32,000 bases of DNA, from the NCBI RefSeq assembly GCF_900095445.1, contig NZ_FMJL01000011.1, positions 57,401 through 89,400 on the forward strand, given 5' to 3'. This document shows, piece after piece, positions 23,923 through 32,000 of the stretch. The stretch is from Clostridium sp. N3C. GTDB taxonomy: Bacteria > Bacillota > Clostridia > Clostridiales > Clostridiaceae. Under the pieces are notes generated by a model. That model saw only the letters and a list, made by a program, of their open reading frames with translations, had not been told where the DNA came from and searched no databases. The translations under genes and the position numbers were made by a program. Position 1 is the first letter of the stretch; each line of letters starts with the position of its first letter.

Positions 23923-26900
23923 TTATTTTACAACTTCAACAGCCATACTTAACTTTTCACCGTTTATATTACATTCAGTATAAGTTCTTTCTGCATTAAA
24001 GATGATGTCTACTGTTAAAGTTTCTTTCTTTATTGTTTCTTGGAACTTCTTAACAATAGCTTCTAACATTTCGTTACCTGCTACATAGAGATTAATTCTA
24101 TCAGCAACTTGGAAGCCGCTTTCCTTTCTCATGTTCTGGATCTTACTGATGATTTCACGAAGATGTCCTTCTTCTCTTAGTTCCTCAGTAACATGAGTAT
24201 CTAATACTACACCAATAGTTCCTTCACCGGCAAAGGCAAAGCCTTCTAAGCCCTTCATTGTAACTAGAAGATTTTCTTTGTTTAGCTCTATCTCTGTACC
24301 ATCAACATTGATAACTACGCTGTTTCCACTTTGTACTGTTTGAGCAAGCTCCATTTGATTTCTAGCTGCAATTTCTTTTCTGATGCCTGGTATTAATTTA
24401 CCGTAAGCTTTACCTAGTACAGGTAGATTTGGCTTAATTTCAAAGTTAACATACTTTGAAAGATCTGCACCAAATTTTACGTTCTTAATATTTAATTCGT
24501 CTTTGATTATATCTCCATAGTACTCTGGAAGAGCATCAGTACTTACTAGCATCTCAGACAATGGCTGTCTGTTCTTTATATTAGCAGCATTTCTTGCGCT
24601 TCTTCCTAATTTAACTATGCTGTATGCTAAATCCATAGCAGCTTCTAAATCCTTATCTACAGCTTCAGCATCATATTCTGGCCATAGGCAAAGATGTATG
24701 CTTTCAGGAGCATTAGGATTCAAATTAACTACTAGGTTCTGATAGATTTCCTCTGTCATGAAAGGTATGAATGGAGCAGCAACCTGACACAAGGTCACAA
24801 GAACCTTATATAAAGTTACATATGCACCGATCTTATCATCTGTTAATTCTTCACTCCAGAATCTTGCTCTATTTCTTCTTACATACCAGTTAGATAGTTC
24901 ATCAGTAAAGGCTTCTATAGCTAAAGCTGCTTGAGTTATCTTGTATCCATTTAAGTCCTCATCTACAGTCTTAATTAAAGTATTAAGCTTAGACATTATC
25001 CATTTATCCATAACATTGCCGGACTTGAAGTCAGCATACTTAGTTGGATCAAAATTATCTAAGTTAGCATAAAGCACATAGAAGGAATAAACATTCCATA
25101 AAGTACTTAAGAACTTTCTCTGAGCTTCTGCTACATCATCCTCTGAGAATCTTGTAGGAAGCCATGGTGCGCTTGCAGTGAAGAAATGCCATCTAGTAGC
25201 GTCTGCCCCCTGATGATCCATAACTTCAAATGGGTCTACTACGTTACCCTTATGCTTTGACATCTTTAGACCATGCTTATCTAATACGTGGCCTAGAACT
25301 ACACAGTTTTCAAATGGATTTGTATCGAATATTGCCGTGGAAATAGCCATCAAGGTGTAGAACCAACCTCTTGTTTGGTCCACAGCTTCTGAAATAAACT
25401 GTGCAGGGAAATTAGCTTCAAAAAGCTCCTTGTTTTCAAAAGGATAATGGAACTGTGCAAAAGGCATAGATCCGGAGTCGAACCAGCAGTCAATAACTTC
25501 AACGGTTCTTTTCATTTCTCCACCGCACTTTTCACATTTTAACTTCACAGCATCTATATATGGCTTATGAAGCTCTATATCATCAGGTGTATTTATCCCC
25601 TTTTGCTTTAATTCTTCTATGCTCCCGATACATTCTCTGTGTCCACAGCTACATTCCCAAATTGGTAGTGGAGTTCCCCAGTATCTATCTCTAGAAATAC
25701 CCCAGTCAATAACATTTTCAAGGAACTTACCAAATCTACCGGTTCTTATATTGTCAGGATACCAATTAACCTTGTTGTTGTTTTCTAAAAGCTTATCTCT
25801 TAAAGCTGTCATCTTAACAAACCAGCTATCTCTTGGATAGTAAAGCAATGGAGTATCACATCTCCAGCAATGTGGATAGGAGTGAGTAAACTTCTCTGAC
25901 TTATAAAGCATATTATGCTCAGCCATGTATTCTAAGATCTTTGGATCAGCCTTCTTAACAAAGAGTCCTGCCCAAGGCTCAACACAATCTACAAACTTTC
26001 CTTCTCCATCTACAAGGTTTATTAGAGGTAAACCGTTTTTCTTACCTACTATATTATCGTCTTCACCATAAGCTGGTGCTATATGAACAACACCAGTACC
26101 GTCTGTCAAAGTAACAAAGTCACCATGAATTACATAGAAGGCCTTTTCTTCTGGTGTGTAGAATTTGAATAACTGCTCATACTCTAAGCCAAGAAGTTCT
26201 TCACCTTTAAATTCTCTTACTATTTCGTATTCATGATTTAAAACAGATAAAAGCTCCTTAGCTAAGATGAAGTATTCATCATGTACCTTTACTTCTGCAT
26301 AATCATACTTTCTGTTTACAGCAAGTGCAACGTTGGAAGGTAGAGTCCATGGAGTTGTTGTCCAAGCTAGTATATACTTGTTTTCTTCTCCTTTTATTTT
26401 AAACTTAACGAAGGCTGTAGCCTCTTTAACATCCTTATAACCTTGAGCTACTTCATGGGAAGAAAGTCCAGTTCCGCATCTAGGACAATATGGTACTATC
26501 TTATGTCCCTTGTATAATAGACCCTTATCCCACATTTGCTTTAAGGCCCACCAAACTGATTCAATATAGTCATTATGGTAAGTTACATAAGGCTCATCCA
26601 TGTCTACCCAATAACCTACTTGGTCAGACATCTTCTTCCACATATTAGCGTAAGTAAATACACTTTCTTTACACTGCTTTATGAAGGATTCTACTCCGTA
26701 CTCTTCAATTTGAGCCTTACCAGAGATGCCTAGCTTCTTTTCAATTTCAAGCTCTACAGGAAGTCCATGTGTGTCCCAACCTGCTTTTCTTAAAACCTTG
26801 TAACCCTTCATTACCTTATATCTAGGAATAATGTCTTTTATAACTCTTGTTATAATATGACCAACATGGGGCTTACCATTAGCAGTAGGAGGTCCATCAT

Positions 26901-27030
26901 AGAAAGTAAAATATTCGCCGTCTTTATTCATGTCAAAGTTCTTCTGAATTATCTTCTTTTCTTCCCAAAGCTTTAATATATCTTTTTCCATTTGAACAAA
27001 GCTCTTTGAGGAATCAATTTTCTTATACAT
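23923..27030 (-). CDS. ileS: isoleucyl-tRNA synthetase, long type-2 (eukaryote-like) form
   Basis: 1035 aa. HIGH-type signature [21 protein letters not shown]1 editing-domain blocks ([10 protein letters not shown]). There is no C-terminal Cys4 zinc-finger tail of the kind type-1 bacterial IleRS carries. A T-box leader lies upstream. Confidence 0.97.
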   Translation of the reverse strand: MYKKIDSSKSFVQMEKDILKLWEEKKIIQKNFDMNKDGEYFTFYDGPPTANGKPHVGHIITRVIKDIIPRYKVMKGYKVLRKAGWDTHGLPVELEIEKKLGISGKAQIEEYGVESFIKQCKESVFTYANMWKKMSDQVGYWVDMDEPYVTYHNDYIESVWWALKQMWDKGLLYKGHKIVPYCPRCGTGLSSHEVAQGYKDVKEATAFVKFKIKGEENKYILAWTTTPWTLPSNVALAVNRKYDYAEVKVHDEYFILAKELLSVLNHEYEIVREFKGEELLGLEYEQLFKFYTPEEKAFYVIHGDFVTLTDGTGVVHIAPAYGEDDNIVGKKNGLPLINLVDGEGKFVDCVEPWAGLFVKKADPKILEYMAEHNMLYKSEKFTHSYPHCWRCDTPLLYYPRDSWFVKMTALRDKLLENNNKVNWYPDNIRTGRFGKFLENVIDWGISRDRYWGTPLPIWECSCGHRECIGSIEELKQKGINTPDDIELHKPYIDAVKLKCEKCGGEMKRTVEVIDCWFDSGSMPFAQFHYPFENKELFEANFPAQFISEAVDQTRGWFYTLMAISTAIFDTNPFENCVVLGHVLDKHGLKMSKHKGNVVDPFEVMDHQGADATRWHFFTASAPWLPTRFSEDDVAEAQRKFLSTLWNVYSFYVLYANLDNFDPTKYADFKSGNVMDKWIMSKLNTLIKTVDEDLNGYKITQAALAIEAFTDELSNWYVRRNRARFWSEELTDDKIGAYVTLYKVLVTLCQVAAPFIPFMTEEIYQNLVVNLNPNAPESIHLCLWPEYDAEAVDKDLEAAMDLAYSIVKLGRSARNAANIKNRQPLSEMLVSTDALPEYYGDIIKDELNIKNVKFGADLSKYVNFEIKPNLPVLGKAYGKLIPGIRKEIAARNQMELAQTVQSGNSVVINVDGTEIELNKENLLVTMKGLEGFAFAGEGTIGVVLDTHVTEELREEGHLREIISKIQNMRKESGFQVADRINLYVAGNEMLEAIVKKFQETIKKETLTVDIIFNAERTYTECNINGEKLSMAVEVVK

Positions 27031-27062
27031 CTTCTTTCCCCTTCCTTATTTATTCACTAAAT

Positions 27063-27339
27063 AAAAAAACTCCGCCCTACAGGACGAAGTTATATTCGTA
27101 ATACCACCTCTAAAGTACAAAATTCAAGTACTATTCATACCCTGCGAAAAGCAAGCTATGATTCATACTCTATCCTGTAACGTAGGCCAACGGATTCACT
27201 TACAACTATGATTAACATAGCTTCAGCTATCAGCTCCGCGGTGATTTTCCTTAACTGCTCTCTATGGCTTTTCACCAACCGCCACTCTCTGTAAGATTGC
27301 TAACATTAAGTACTTTTCCGCTTCACAGCATTTTTACTA
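27063..27339 (-). promoter_or_regulatory. T-box riboswitch leader (Ile, AUC specifier) controlling ileS
   Basis: Minus-strand elements:
- GCGGAAAAGTA, AGAGAG and GGTGAAAAGCC stem-I motifs
- specifier GGAAA-ATC-A (ATC at 27243-27245)
- T-box CTTTAGAGGTGGTATTACG (27097-27115)
- terminator CUUCGUCC-UGUA-GGGCGGAG (27070-27089) followed by U7 (27063-27069). Confidence 0.9.
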
Positions 27340-27345
27340 ACTTAG

Positions 27346-27374
27346 ATTATATTACAGTAAGGAGCTCTTGTCAA
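27346..27374 (-). promoter_or_regulatory. consensus sigma-A promoter of the ileS T-box leader
   Basis: Minus strand: -35 TTGACA (27369-27374), exactly 17-nt spacer, -10 TATAAT (27346-27351). Confidence 0.8.
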
Positions 27375-27674
27375 ATATTATCTATATATAAGACATGTGA
27401 TTTCAAAATCTAATTATATTATATCCCATAAAATAAAAATTATTTATTAAAACTGGAAATGTATAATTTTTTAAATTTATTAATTTAACCATACTTTTTT
27501 AAGATAAATTAATACAAATGAATTTATTAGTTAGTAGCAAAATTATTTTCAAATCATATTATGTACTATAATCCAAAGACAAGCTTGTACTTCACCTTAT
27601 AAACACATCGGTGAAGAGTACAAGATGCTAAAGGATAATAAAAAGTTAAACTAATTAGAGAGGTGGATAAGAAA

Positions 27675-27956
27675 ATGAGCAGAAAGTGTTGTAAAGAGAT
27701 GGAATACAAACCAATGTTTTTGCCACAGGCTTATGATAAAAATTGTATCTGCGATTTTCCAACTCTTATCATATTAATCCTTATAGTTCTTCAATTCTCT
27801 AAGCAGGGCAAGAAGTTTGGCTATGACAGAGATGAAGACTATGATGATTGCGACAAGAAGTACAGCAAGGATAACGATGTTATAGGCAATGGTGTATTAT
27901 TCATCATAGCATTATTCTTCCTATCCTGCGCTGGCTGTGGAAGAGGCAGATTCTAA
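27675..27956 (+). CDS. 93-aa Cys-rich protein with two hydrophobic segments (possibly YjcZ-like sporulation mini-protein)
   Basis: ATG 27675 with a GAGAGGTGG SD 8 nt upstream; the track GTG 27663 lies inside the SD. MSRKCCKEM..., hydrophobic FPTLIILILIVLQF and GVLFIIALFFLSCAGCG, separated by an acidic DRDEDYDDCDKKY linker. Confidence 0.55.
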   Translation: MSRKCCKEMEYKPMFLPQAYDKNCICDFPTLIILILIVLQFSKQGKKFGYDRDEDYDDCDKKYSKDNDVIGNGVLFIIALFFLSCAGCGRGRF

Positions 27957-27966
27957 TACACAAAAG

Positions 27967-27988
27967 AAAGAGGGCCTTGGCCCTCTTT
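27967..27988. terminator. bidirectional terminator between the Cys-rich ORF and rnfB
   Basis: Palindrome AAAGAGGGCC TT GGCCCTCTTT, followed by AATATTTTAT. It sits between two convergent stops (27956 and 27995). Confidence 0.8.
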
Positions 27989-27994
27989 AATATT

Positions 27995-28816
27995 TTATAT
28001 CGCTTCTCTACCTGTAATAACCTTCACTGGACACTTAGATGCACAGGTACCACAGTTTGTACACTTAGTATAATCCACTAAAGCTAGGTTGTCATTTACA
28101 CTTATAGCTTGAACAGGACAATTCCTTTCGCACATTCTGCAACCAATACATCCCTTTGAGCAATTTTCTCTAACAGTCTTTCCCATGTCCTTTGAATTAC
28201 ATGCAACTCTATATCTATTATCTTTTGGTACAGATTCAATTAATTTTTGAGGACAGCTTCTTACGCAGGCTCCGCAGTTAACACACTTCTCTTCGTCTAC
28301 TACTGCTATTCCATTTACTAGAGAGATAGCTCCAAACTTACATACCTTAACACAATCTCCACAACCTAAGCAACCATAGGAGCATCCTTGTCTATTCTCT
28401 AAAGCAGCAGCTTCCTTACAGGAAGTAACCCCTTGTAGATCCGCCTTTACTTTTCTTGAGTCGCAATCACCACTGCACTTTACAAAGGCAACCTTTTTAG
28501 CTACCTTCTTATCTGTAGCCTCTACCTTAACTTCAGCACCCATAATCTCTGCTATTTTAGCAGCACAGGCAGCACCGCCTACTACACAGGCTGTTAAAGG
28601 TGCACCTTCTTCTACTACAGCTGTAGCATAAGCTTCACAGCCTGCATAACCGCAACCACCACAGTTAGCTCCTGGTAAAACCTCTCTTACTTTAGGTATT
28701 CTTTCATCTACTTGAACCTTAAACTTATCAGAAGCAAAACCTAACAAGGTACCTAATACCAGTCCTAAAATTCCTAAGCTTAAAACAGCGTATAATATAT
28801 TAATATAATCCACCAT
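27995..28816 (-). CDS. rnfB: Rnf complex subunit B (polyferredoxin)
   Basis: 273 aa. N-terminal TM helix, CGGCGYAGCEAYA cluster motif, then several CxxCxxCxxxCP 4Fe-4S motifs (CVNCGACVRSCP, CIGCRMCERNCP, CTNCGTCASKCP). Confidence 0.93.
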   Translation of the reverse strand: MVDYINILYAVLSLGILGLVLGTLLGFASDKFKVQVDERIPKVREVLPGANCGGCGYAGCEAYATAVVEEGAPLTACVVGGAACAAKIAEIMGAEVKVEATDKKVAKKVAFVKCSGDCDSRKVKADLQGVTSCKEAAALENRQGCSYGCLGCGDCVKVCKFGAISLVNGIAVVDEEKCVNCGACVRSCPQKLIESVPKDNRYRVACNSKDMGKTVRENCSKGCIGCRMCERNCPVQAISVNDNLALVDYTKCTNCGTCASKCPVKVITGREAI

Positions 28817-28829
28817 TCTCCCCCCTATT

Positions 28830-29408
28830 CTATCTTATAAGTCCCTGGAACCCCAAGAAGGCAATAGACATGAGGCCAGCAGTAAATAAAGTTATAGGGA
28901 GTCCCCTTAGTGTTTCTGGTATATTTTCATTGTTATCTATGTTCTGTCTAATAAAGGACATTAGTACAATAGCCAACATATATCCTAGAGCTGAAGCTAT
29001 TGCATTTACAATAGATTCTATAAAGGAATAAGATTCCTGAATATTTAACATAGTCATACCTAATACAGCACAGTTTGTTGTTATAAGTGGTAAATAAATA
29101 CCTAAGGCTTTATATAAACCTGGTGAATATTTCTTAATAACCATTTCAACAAATTGAACTAAAGCTGCTATTACTAATATAAAGGCAATAGTATTTAAAT
29201 ACTCTAAATCTAAAGGTTTTAATATAAATTTATGAACGGCAAAAGCTCCAATAGAAGCTATAATCATAACGAAGGTAACAGCAAGTCCCATTCCTACTGC
29301 TGCATCTTTCTTTTTTGAAACTCCTAAAAAGGAGCATATGCCTAAAAACTTAGAAAGCACGTAGTTATTAACCAGCATTCCACTGACAAAGATTATAAAT
29401 AATTTCAT
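28830..29408 (-). CDS. rnfA: Rnf complex subunit A
   Basis: 192 aa with an AAGGAGG SD. NNYVLSKFLGICSFLGVS...GIYLPLITTNCAVLG is the RnfA/NqrE signature. Confidence 0.93.
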   Translation of the reverse strand: MKLFIIFVSGMLVNNYVLSKFLGICSFLGVSKKKDAAVGMGLAVTFVMIIASIGAFAVHKFILKPLDLEYLNTIAFILVIAALVQFVEMVIKKYSPGLYKALGIYLPLITTNCAVLGMTMLNIQESYSFIESIVNAIASALGYMLAIVLMSFIRQNIDNNENIPETLRGLPITLFTAGLMSIAFLGFQGLIR

Positions 29409-29423
29409 ACTGCTTTACCTCCT

Positions 29424-30104
29424 TTACTGATTGCTTCCATGGCAGGAAGAAGCCATGCTGCAGCCTTCACAATTATGTTCTAAAGTCTTTGCTTTAGTTC
29501 CATTCTTCTTTGCTCTCTTGATGTTAACATAATTAATTATTGCCATTAAAATTCCTAGAGTAAAGAAGGCTCCTGGAGGCAATATCATAATGGAAGCAGG
29601 CTTGTAAGCTACTGGCATAATTCTCATTCCAAAGAATGTTCCTGCTCCAATGATCTCTCTGATAGTACCAACCACAACTAGAGAAGTTGTAAATCCTAAA
29701 CCCATACCTATACCATCAAATATAGAAGGAAGTACTGGGTTTTTACCAGCATAAGCTTCAGCTCTTCCCAATATAATACAGTTAACAACTATCAAAGGTA
29801 TATATATTCCAAGAGCACTATATAGTGCTGGTAAATATGCTTCCATAAGCATTTCAATAATTGTTACAAAAGAAGCAATAATTACTATATAGCCTGGTAT
29901 TCTTATCTTATCTGGTATAAACTTTCTTACAGCGGAAATCATAGCATTTGAAAACATTAAAACCACTAATGTAGCCAAACCCATACCTACACCATTTTTC
30001 GCCGAAGTAGTAACCGCAAGAGTTGGACACATTGCTAAAACCTGAACGAAGGTTGGATTTTCAGTAATCAATCCATTTTTTATTCTTTCAACTAACTTAT
30101 TCAT
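29424..30104 (-). CDS. rnfE: Rnf complex subunit E
   Basis: I prefer ATG 30104 (MNKLVERIKNGLITENPTFVQVLAMCPTLAVTT...), with an AAGGAG SD 8 nt upstream; the track GTG is at 30113. GIYIPLIVVNCIILGRAEA is the RnfE/NqrD signature. Cys-rich C-terminal tail. Confidence 0.93.
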   Translation of the reverse strand: MNKLVERIKNGLITENPTFVQVLAMCPTLAVTTSAKNGVGMGLATLVVLMFSNAMISAVRKFIPDKIRIPGYIVIIASFVTIIEMLMEAYLPALYSALGIYIPLIVVNCIILGRAEAYAGKNPVLPSIFDGIGMGLGFTTSLVVVGTIREIIGAGTFFGMRIMPVAYKPASIMILPPGAFFTLGILMAIINYVNIKRAKKNGTKAKTLEHNCEGCSMASSCHGSNQ

Positions 30105-30127
30105 CTCATCCACTCCTTTTATGCTTA

Positions 30128-30832
30128 TTATTCACTGACACTAGCTTCGGAGGTTGTATCTGCATCTCCTTCAGATTCTCCTGTGGCACTAGAGGATGTA
30201 TCTGATTCTGAACCTTCTCCTGTAGCGCTAGAAGTTGAATCTGCATCGCTTAAATTAAATTCTACGCCCTTTATAGTTTGCATATAGAAGGCAATGGCCG
30301 TATTTACTCCTTTTCCTACCGCAGTAGAGGAAACAGTAGCTCCAGTAATAGCATCTACTTCGTTATCCTTAGATGCACCTTTTTTTGTCATAGTAATACC
30401 TTTATCTATAGTTTTATTTTGAAAACCAGCCATAAAGTTTGCTTCTGATATTCTAGCTCCTAAGCCTGCGGTTTCACTTTGAGAAGTTATCTTTATTCCA
30501 GATAGCTTGTCATCTTTTGAAATAGCAACAAACATCTCTATATCTCCATGGAAACCGCCTGTTACTACCTTGAACACATATCCTACTAATCCATTATCTC
30601 CGCTAACTTCAAAGGCTTTATCCACATAAGCCTTTGCTTCCTTATCAACATTATCAGTGCTAATTTCCTTCTTATTAACAGCACCAGGCAAAAGTTCTAC
30701 TAGATCGCTAGATGATATATCTCTATTCTCAGCAATTATATCTTTAGTTAAACCATTGACTACACCTAAGGATAGGGCGGCAATTATACAAATTATTAGC
30801 AAGTTTCTACCTAATTTCAAATATTCTTTCAT
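30128..30832 (-). CDS. rnfG: Rnf complex subunit G (FMN-binding) with an acidic Ser/Thr-rich C-terminal extension
   Basis: 234 aa. N-terminal TM anchor and an FMN_bind domain with the flavinylation motif DAITGATVSS. The start ATG overlaps the rnfD stop by 1 nt (TAATG). Confidence 0.92.
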   Translation of the reverse strand: MKEYLKLGRNLLIICIIAALSLGVVNGLTKDIIAENRDISSSDLVELLPGAVNKKEISTDNVDKEAKAYVDKAFEVSGDNGLVGYVFKVVTGGFHGDIEMFVAISKDDKLSGIKITSQSETAGLGARISEANFMAGFQNKTIDKGITMTKKGASKDNEVDAITGATVSSTAVGKGVNTAIAFYMQTIKGVEFNLSDADSTSSATGEGSESDTSSSATGESEGDADTTSEASVSE

Positions 30833-31656
30833 TAGTTTGCCCCCTCCTTTACCTTATTCTTAACTGTAAAGTAATCAATTACAGGAGTAAATAAGTTTAG
30901 AATTAAAACTGCATAGTAAGGTCCTTCTGCATTGTAACCTATAACCATAATAATTATGGATATTATTCCAAAGGCTAAACCATAAATTGCTTGTCCTAAA
31001 ATACTTTTTGGTGTGGTATAAGGTTCTGTAATCATGAACACTGCTGCAAAGAATAAAGATCCTACTAACACTTGAGACTGTACATCTTTACCTAAAAGCA
31101 TGGTCATACAAACTGCAGAAAGTATTCCTACCACTGGAGTAACTATAGAGATTTTTTTTCTTATAACAAGATATATGCCACCTAATACTATAGCGGCTAT
31201 TGATACTTCTCCTAAATTTCCTTTAACCTTTCCCAATATTAAGGATAATATTTCTGAATCCATAACCGGTGCAGTTCTAACTGCTTTAAATCCTGAAGGC
31301 TTTGACATAAGAGAGGCCCAGGAAGCTATTATTAAAGCCTTTGCAGCAGCGGCAGGATTCATAAAGTTATTACCTAAACCTCCAAAGAAAAGCTTTACTA
31401 CCACTGTAGCAAAGATTGCTGCTACCGCTACTGCCCAAACAGGTATATAGGCCGGAAGAATAAGAGCAACAATCAAACCTGTAACTACAGCACTAAGATC
31501 TTTAATTGTCTGTTTCTTTTTAACAATGAGATTGAATACTACTTCAGCAGCTACGCTAAATATAATACCAGTGGCTATAAGTGCTAAAGTTGAAAATCCA
31601 TAAAAATAAACAGCTGCTGCCACCACTGGCAATAGTGCGATTATTACATCTAACAT
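30832..31656 (-). CDS. rnfD: Rnf complex subunit D-like, short and divergent
   Basis: I prefer ATG 31656 (MLDVIIALLPVVAAAVYFYG...), 274 aa, with a GAGAGGTG SD 6-7 nt upstream. The track TTG 31710 has no SD. RnfD/NqrB landmarks: FGGLGNNFMNPAAAA, LGEVSIAAIVLGGIYL, FMITEPYTTP, LNLFTPVIDYFT. Confidence 0.85.
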   Translation of the reverse strand: MLDVIIALLPVVAAAVYFYGFSTLALIATGIIFSVAAEVVFNLIVKKKQTIKDLSAVVTGLIVALILPAYIPVWAVAVAAIFATVVVKLFFGGLGNNFMNPAAAAKALIIASWASLMSKPSGFKAVRTAPVMDSEILSLILGKVKGNLGEVSIAAIVLGGIYLVIRKKISIVTPVVGILSAVCMTMLLGKDVQSQVLVGSLFFAAVFMITEPYTTPKSILGQAIYGLAFGIISIIIMVIGYNAEGPYYAVLILNLFTPVIDYFTVKNKVKEGAN

Positions 31657-31862
31657 TTTTTCACCTCTCTGATAAATTATTGTCGAACTAAAATGTTTTT
31701 TGCTTAACAACTAAAATTATATAGTCATTAACTAACTTTACTCATACATTATAGCTGAATCTAAAGGCAAATGGTATGGCAAGGAATGGTAATGTATACC
31801 TTTTCTTTATCTTTCTTTTGCCATCTTGTTATTTTTTTAACCAAATTCGAATCAGATGTTTG

Positions 31863-31888
31863 CAACATTTATCAACATTTTTCAACAT
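31863..31888. repeat. three direct CAACAT(TT) repeats at 10-bp spacing
   Basis: CAACAT at 31863-31868, 31873-31878 and 31883-31888 (plus strand). The leftmost copy is part of the palindrome ATGTT-TGC-AACAT (31856-31868). Confidence 0.7.
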
Positions 31889-31926
31889 CCATTTTTTCTT
31901 CACTTCCATTAATATTGTTATATAAG

Positions 31927-31953
31927 TAACAGACTTTTAACAGATTGTTAACA
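31927..31953. repeat. three direct TAACAGA / TAACA repeats at 11-bp spacing
   Basis: TAACAGA at 31927-31933 and 31938-31944, TAACA at 31949-31953. The middle and right copies form the inverted repeat TTAACA-GAT-TGTTAA. Confidence 0.65.
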
Positions 31954-32000
31954 TTTTCATTTAAAGACCACTTATATTTTTTGATAAATTTAATTAAACT

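Noticed and set aside
18603-31450. Track ORFs 18603..18824(-), 21804..22010(+), 25619..25840(+), 30657..30863(+) and 31100..31450(+).
   Set aside because: These are antisense shadows of the zinc-ribbon, LacI-family, ileS, rnfG and rnfD genes.
31945-31962. Rex-like operator TTGTTAA-CATT-TTCATTT upstream of the rnf cluster.
   Set aside because: Only the left half-site fits the TTGTGAA-N4-TTCACAA consensus. The right half matches 4 of 7 positions. The site lies about 290 nt from the rnfD start and is possibly inside an ORF.
31872-32000. Minus-strand frame open from the right window edge for 42 codons (...SLIKFIKKYKWSLNENVNNLLKVCYLYNNINGSEEKMDVEKC*).
   Set aside because: It is too short and too AT-biased to call as a gene from this window alone. 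It could be the C-terminus of an upstream gene, but it shows nothing RnfC-like. I kept it only as a caveat to the rnf findings.
1-32000. Search for CRISPR arrays, IS elements or transposases, integrases, prophage genes, tRNA and rRNA genes.
   Set aside because: No regularly spaced repeat arrays were seen. No transposase- or recombinase-like ORFs were found. No GC-rich cloverleaf-sized islands appear other than the two T-box leaders.

Overview
Strongly AT-rich, gene-dense chromosomal segment that looks like a Clostridium-type (class Clostridia) genome. All product calls come from motif recognition by eye. No searches were run.

I support 31 protein-coding genes, most on the minus strand. Nearly all are core, housekeeping or sporulation functions:
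- a DUF438/hemerythrin/PAS sensor, cut by the left edge and absent from the ORF track, plus a stand-alone hemerythrin
- a SWIM-SNF2 ATPase
- a 622-aa PEPCK/HprK-like P-loop protein of unknown function
- metG and a type-2 ileS, each behind a T-box leader with a near-consensus sigma-A promoter
- a YcdX-type PHP phosphatase, a GH3 lipoprotein, an M24 Xaa-Pro aminopeptidase and a divergent SagB/nitroreductase-like protein
- an ABC exporter pair, spmA-spmB, a DUF45 metallopeptidase, a DUF5050-like protein and a LacI/CcpA-family regulator
- a stand-alone ATP-cone protein, a GerQ-like coat protein and several mini membrane or Cys-rich proteins
- an rnfD-G-E-A-B cluster

I saw no rRNA, tRNA, CRISPR array, transposase or integrase, and no obvious defence island.

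Observations most worth follow-up:
1. The Rnf cluster has no rnfC in the canonical upstream position. Its RnfD is short and divergent with no recognisable flavinylation motif. Two sets of helically phased direct repeats lie upstream.
2. The PEPCK/HprK-like orphan enzyme forms its own transcription unit.
3. Several small uncharacterised proteins: the stand-alone ATP-cone protein, a Cys-rich double-hydrophobic mini-protein, and a zinc-ribbon plus coiled-coil pair.

Otherwise this is an ordinary core region.
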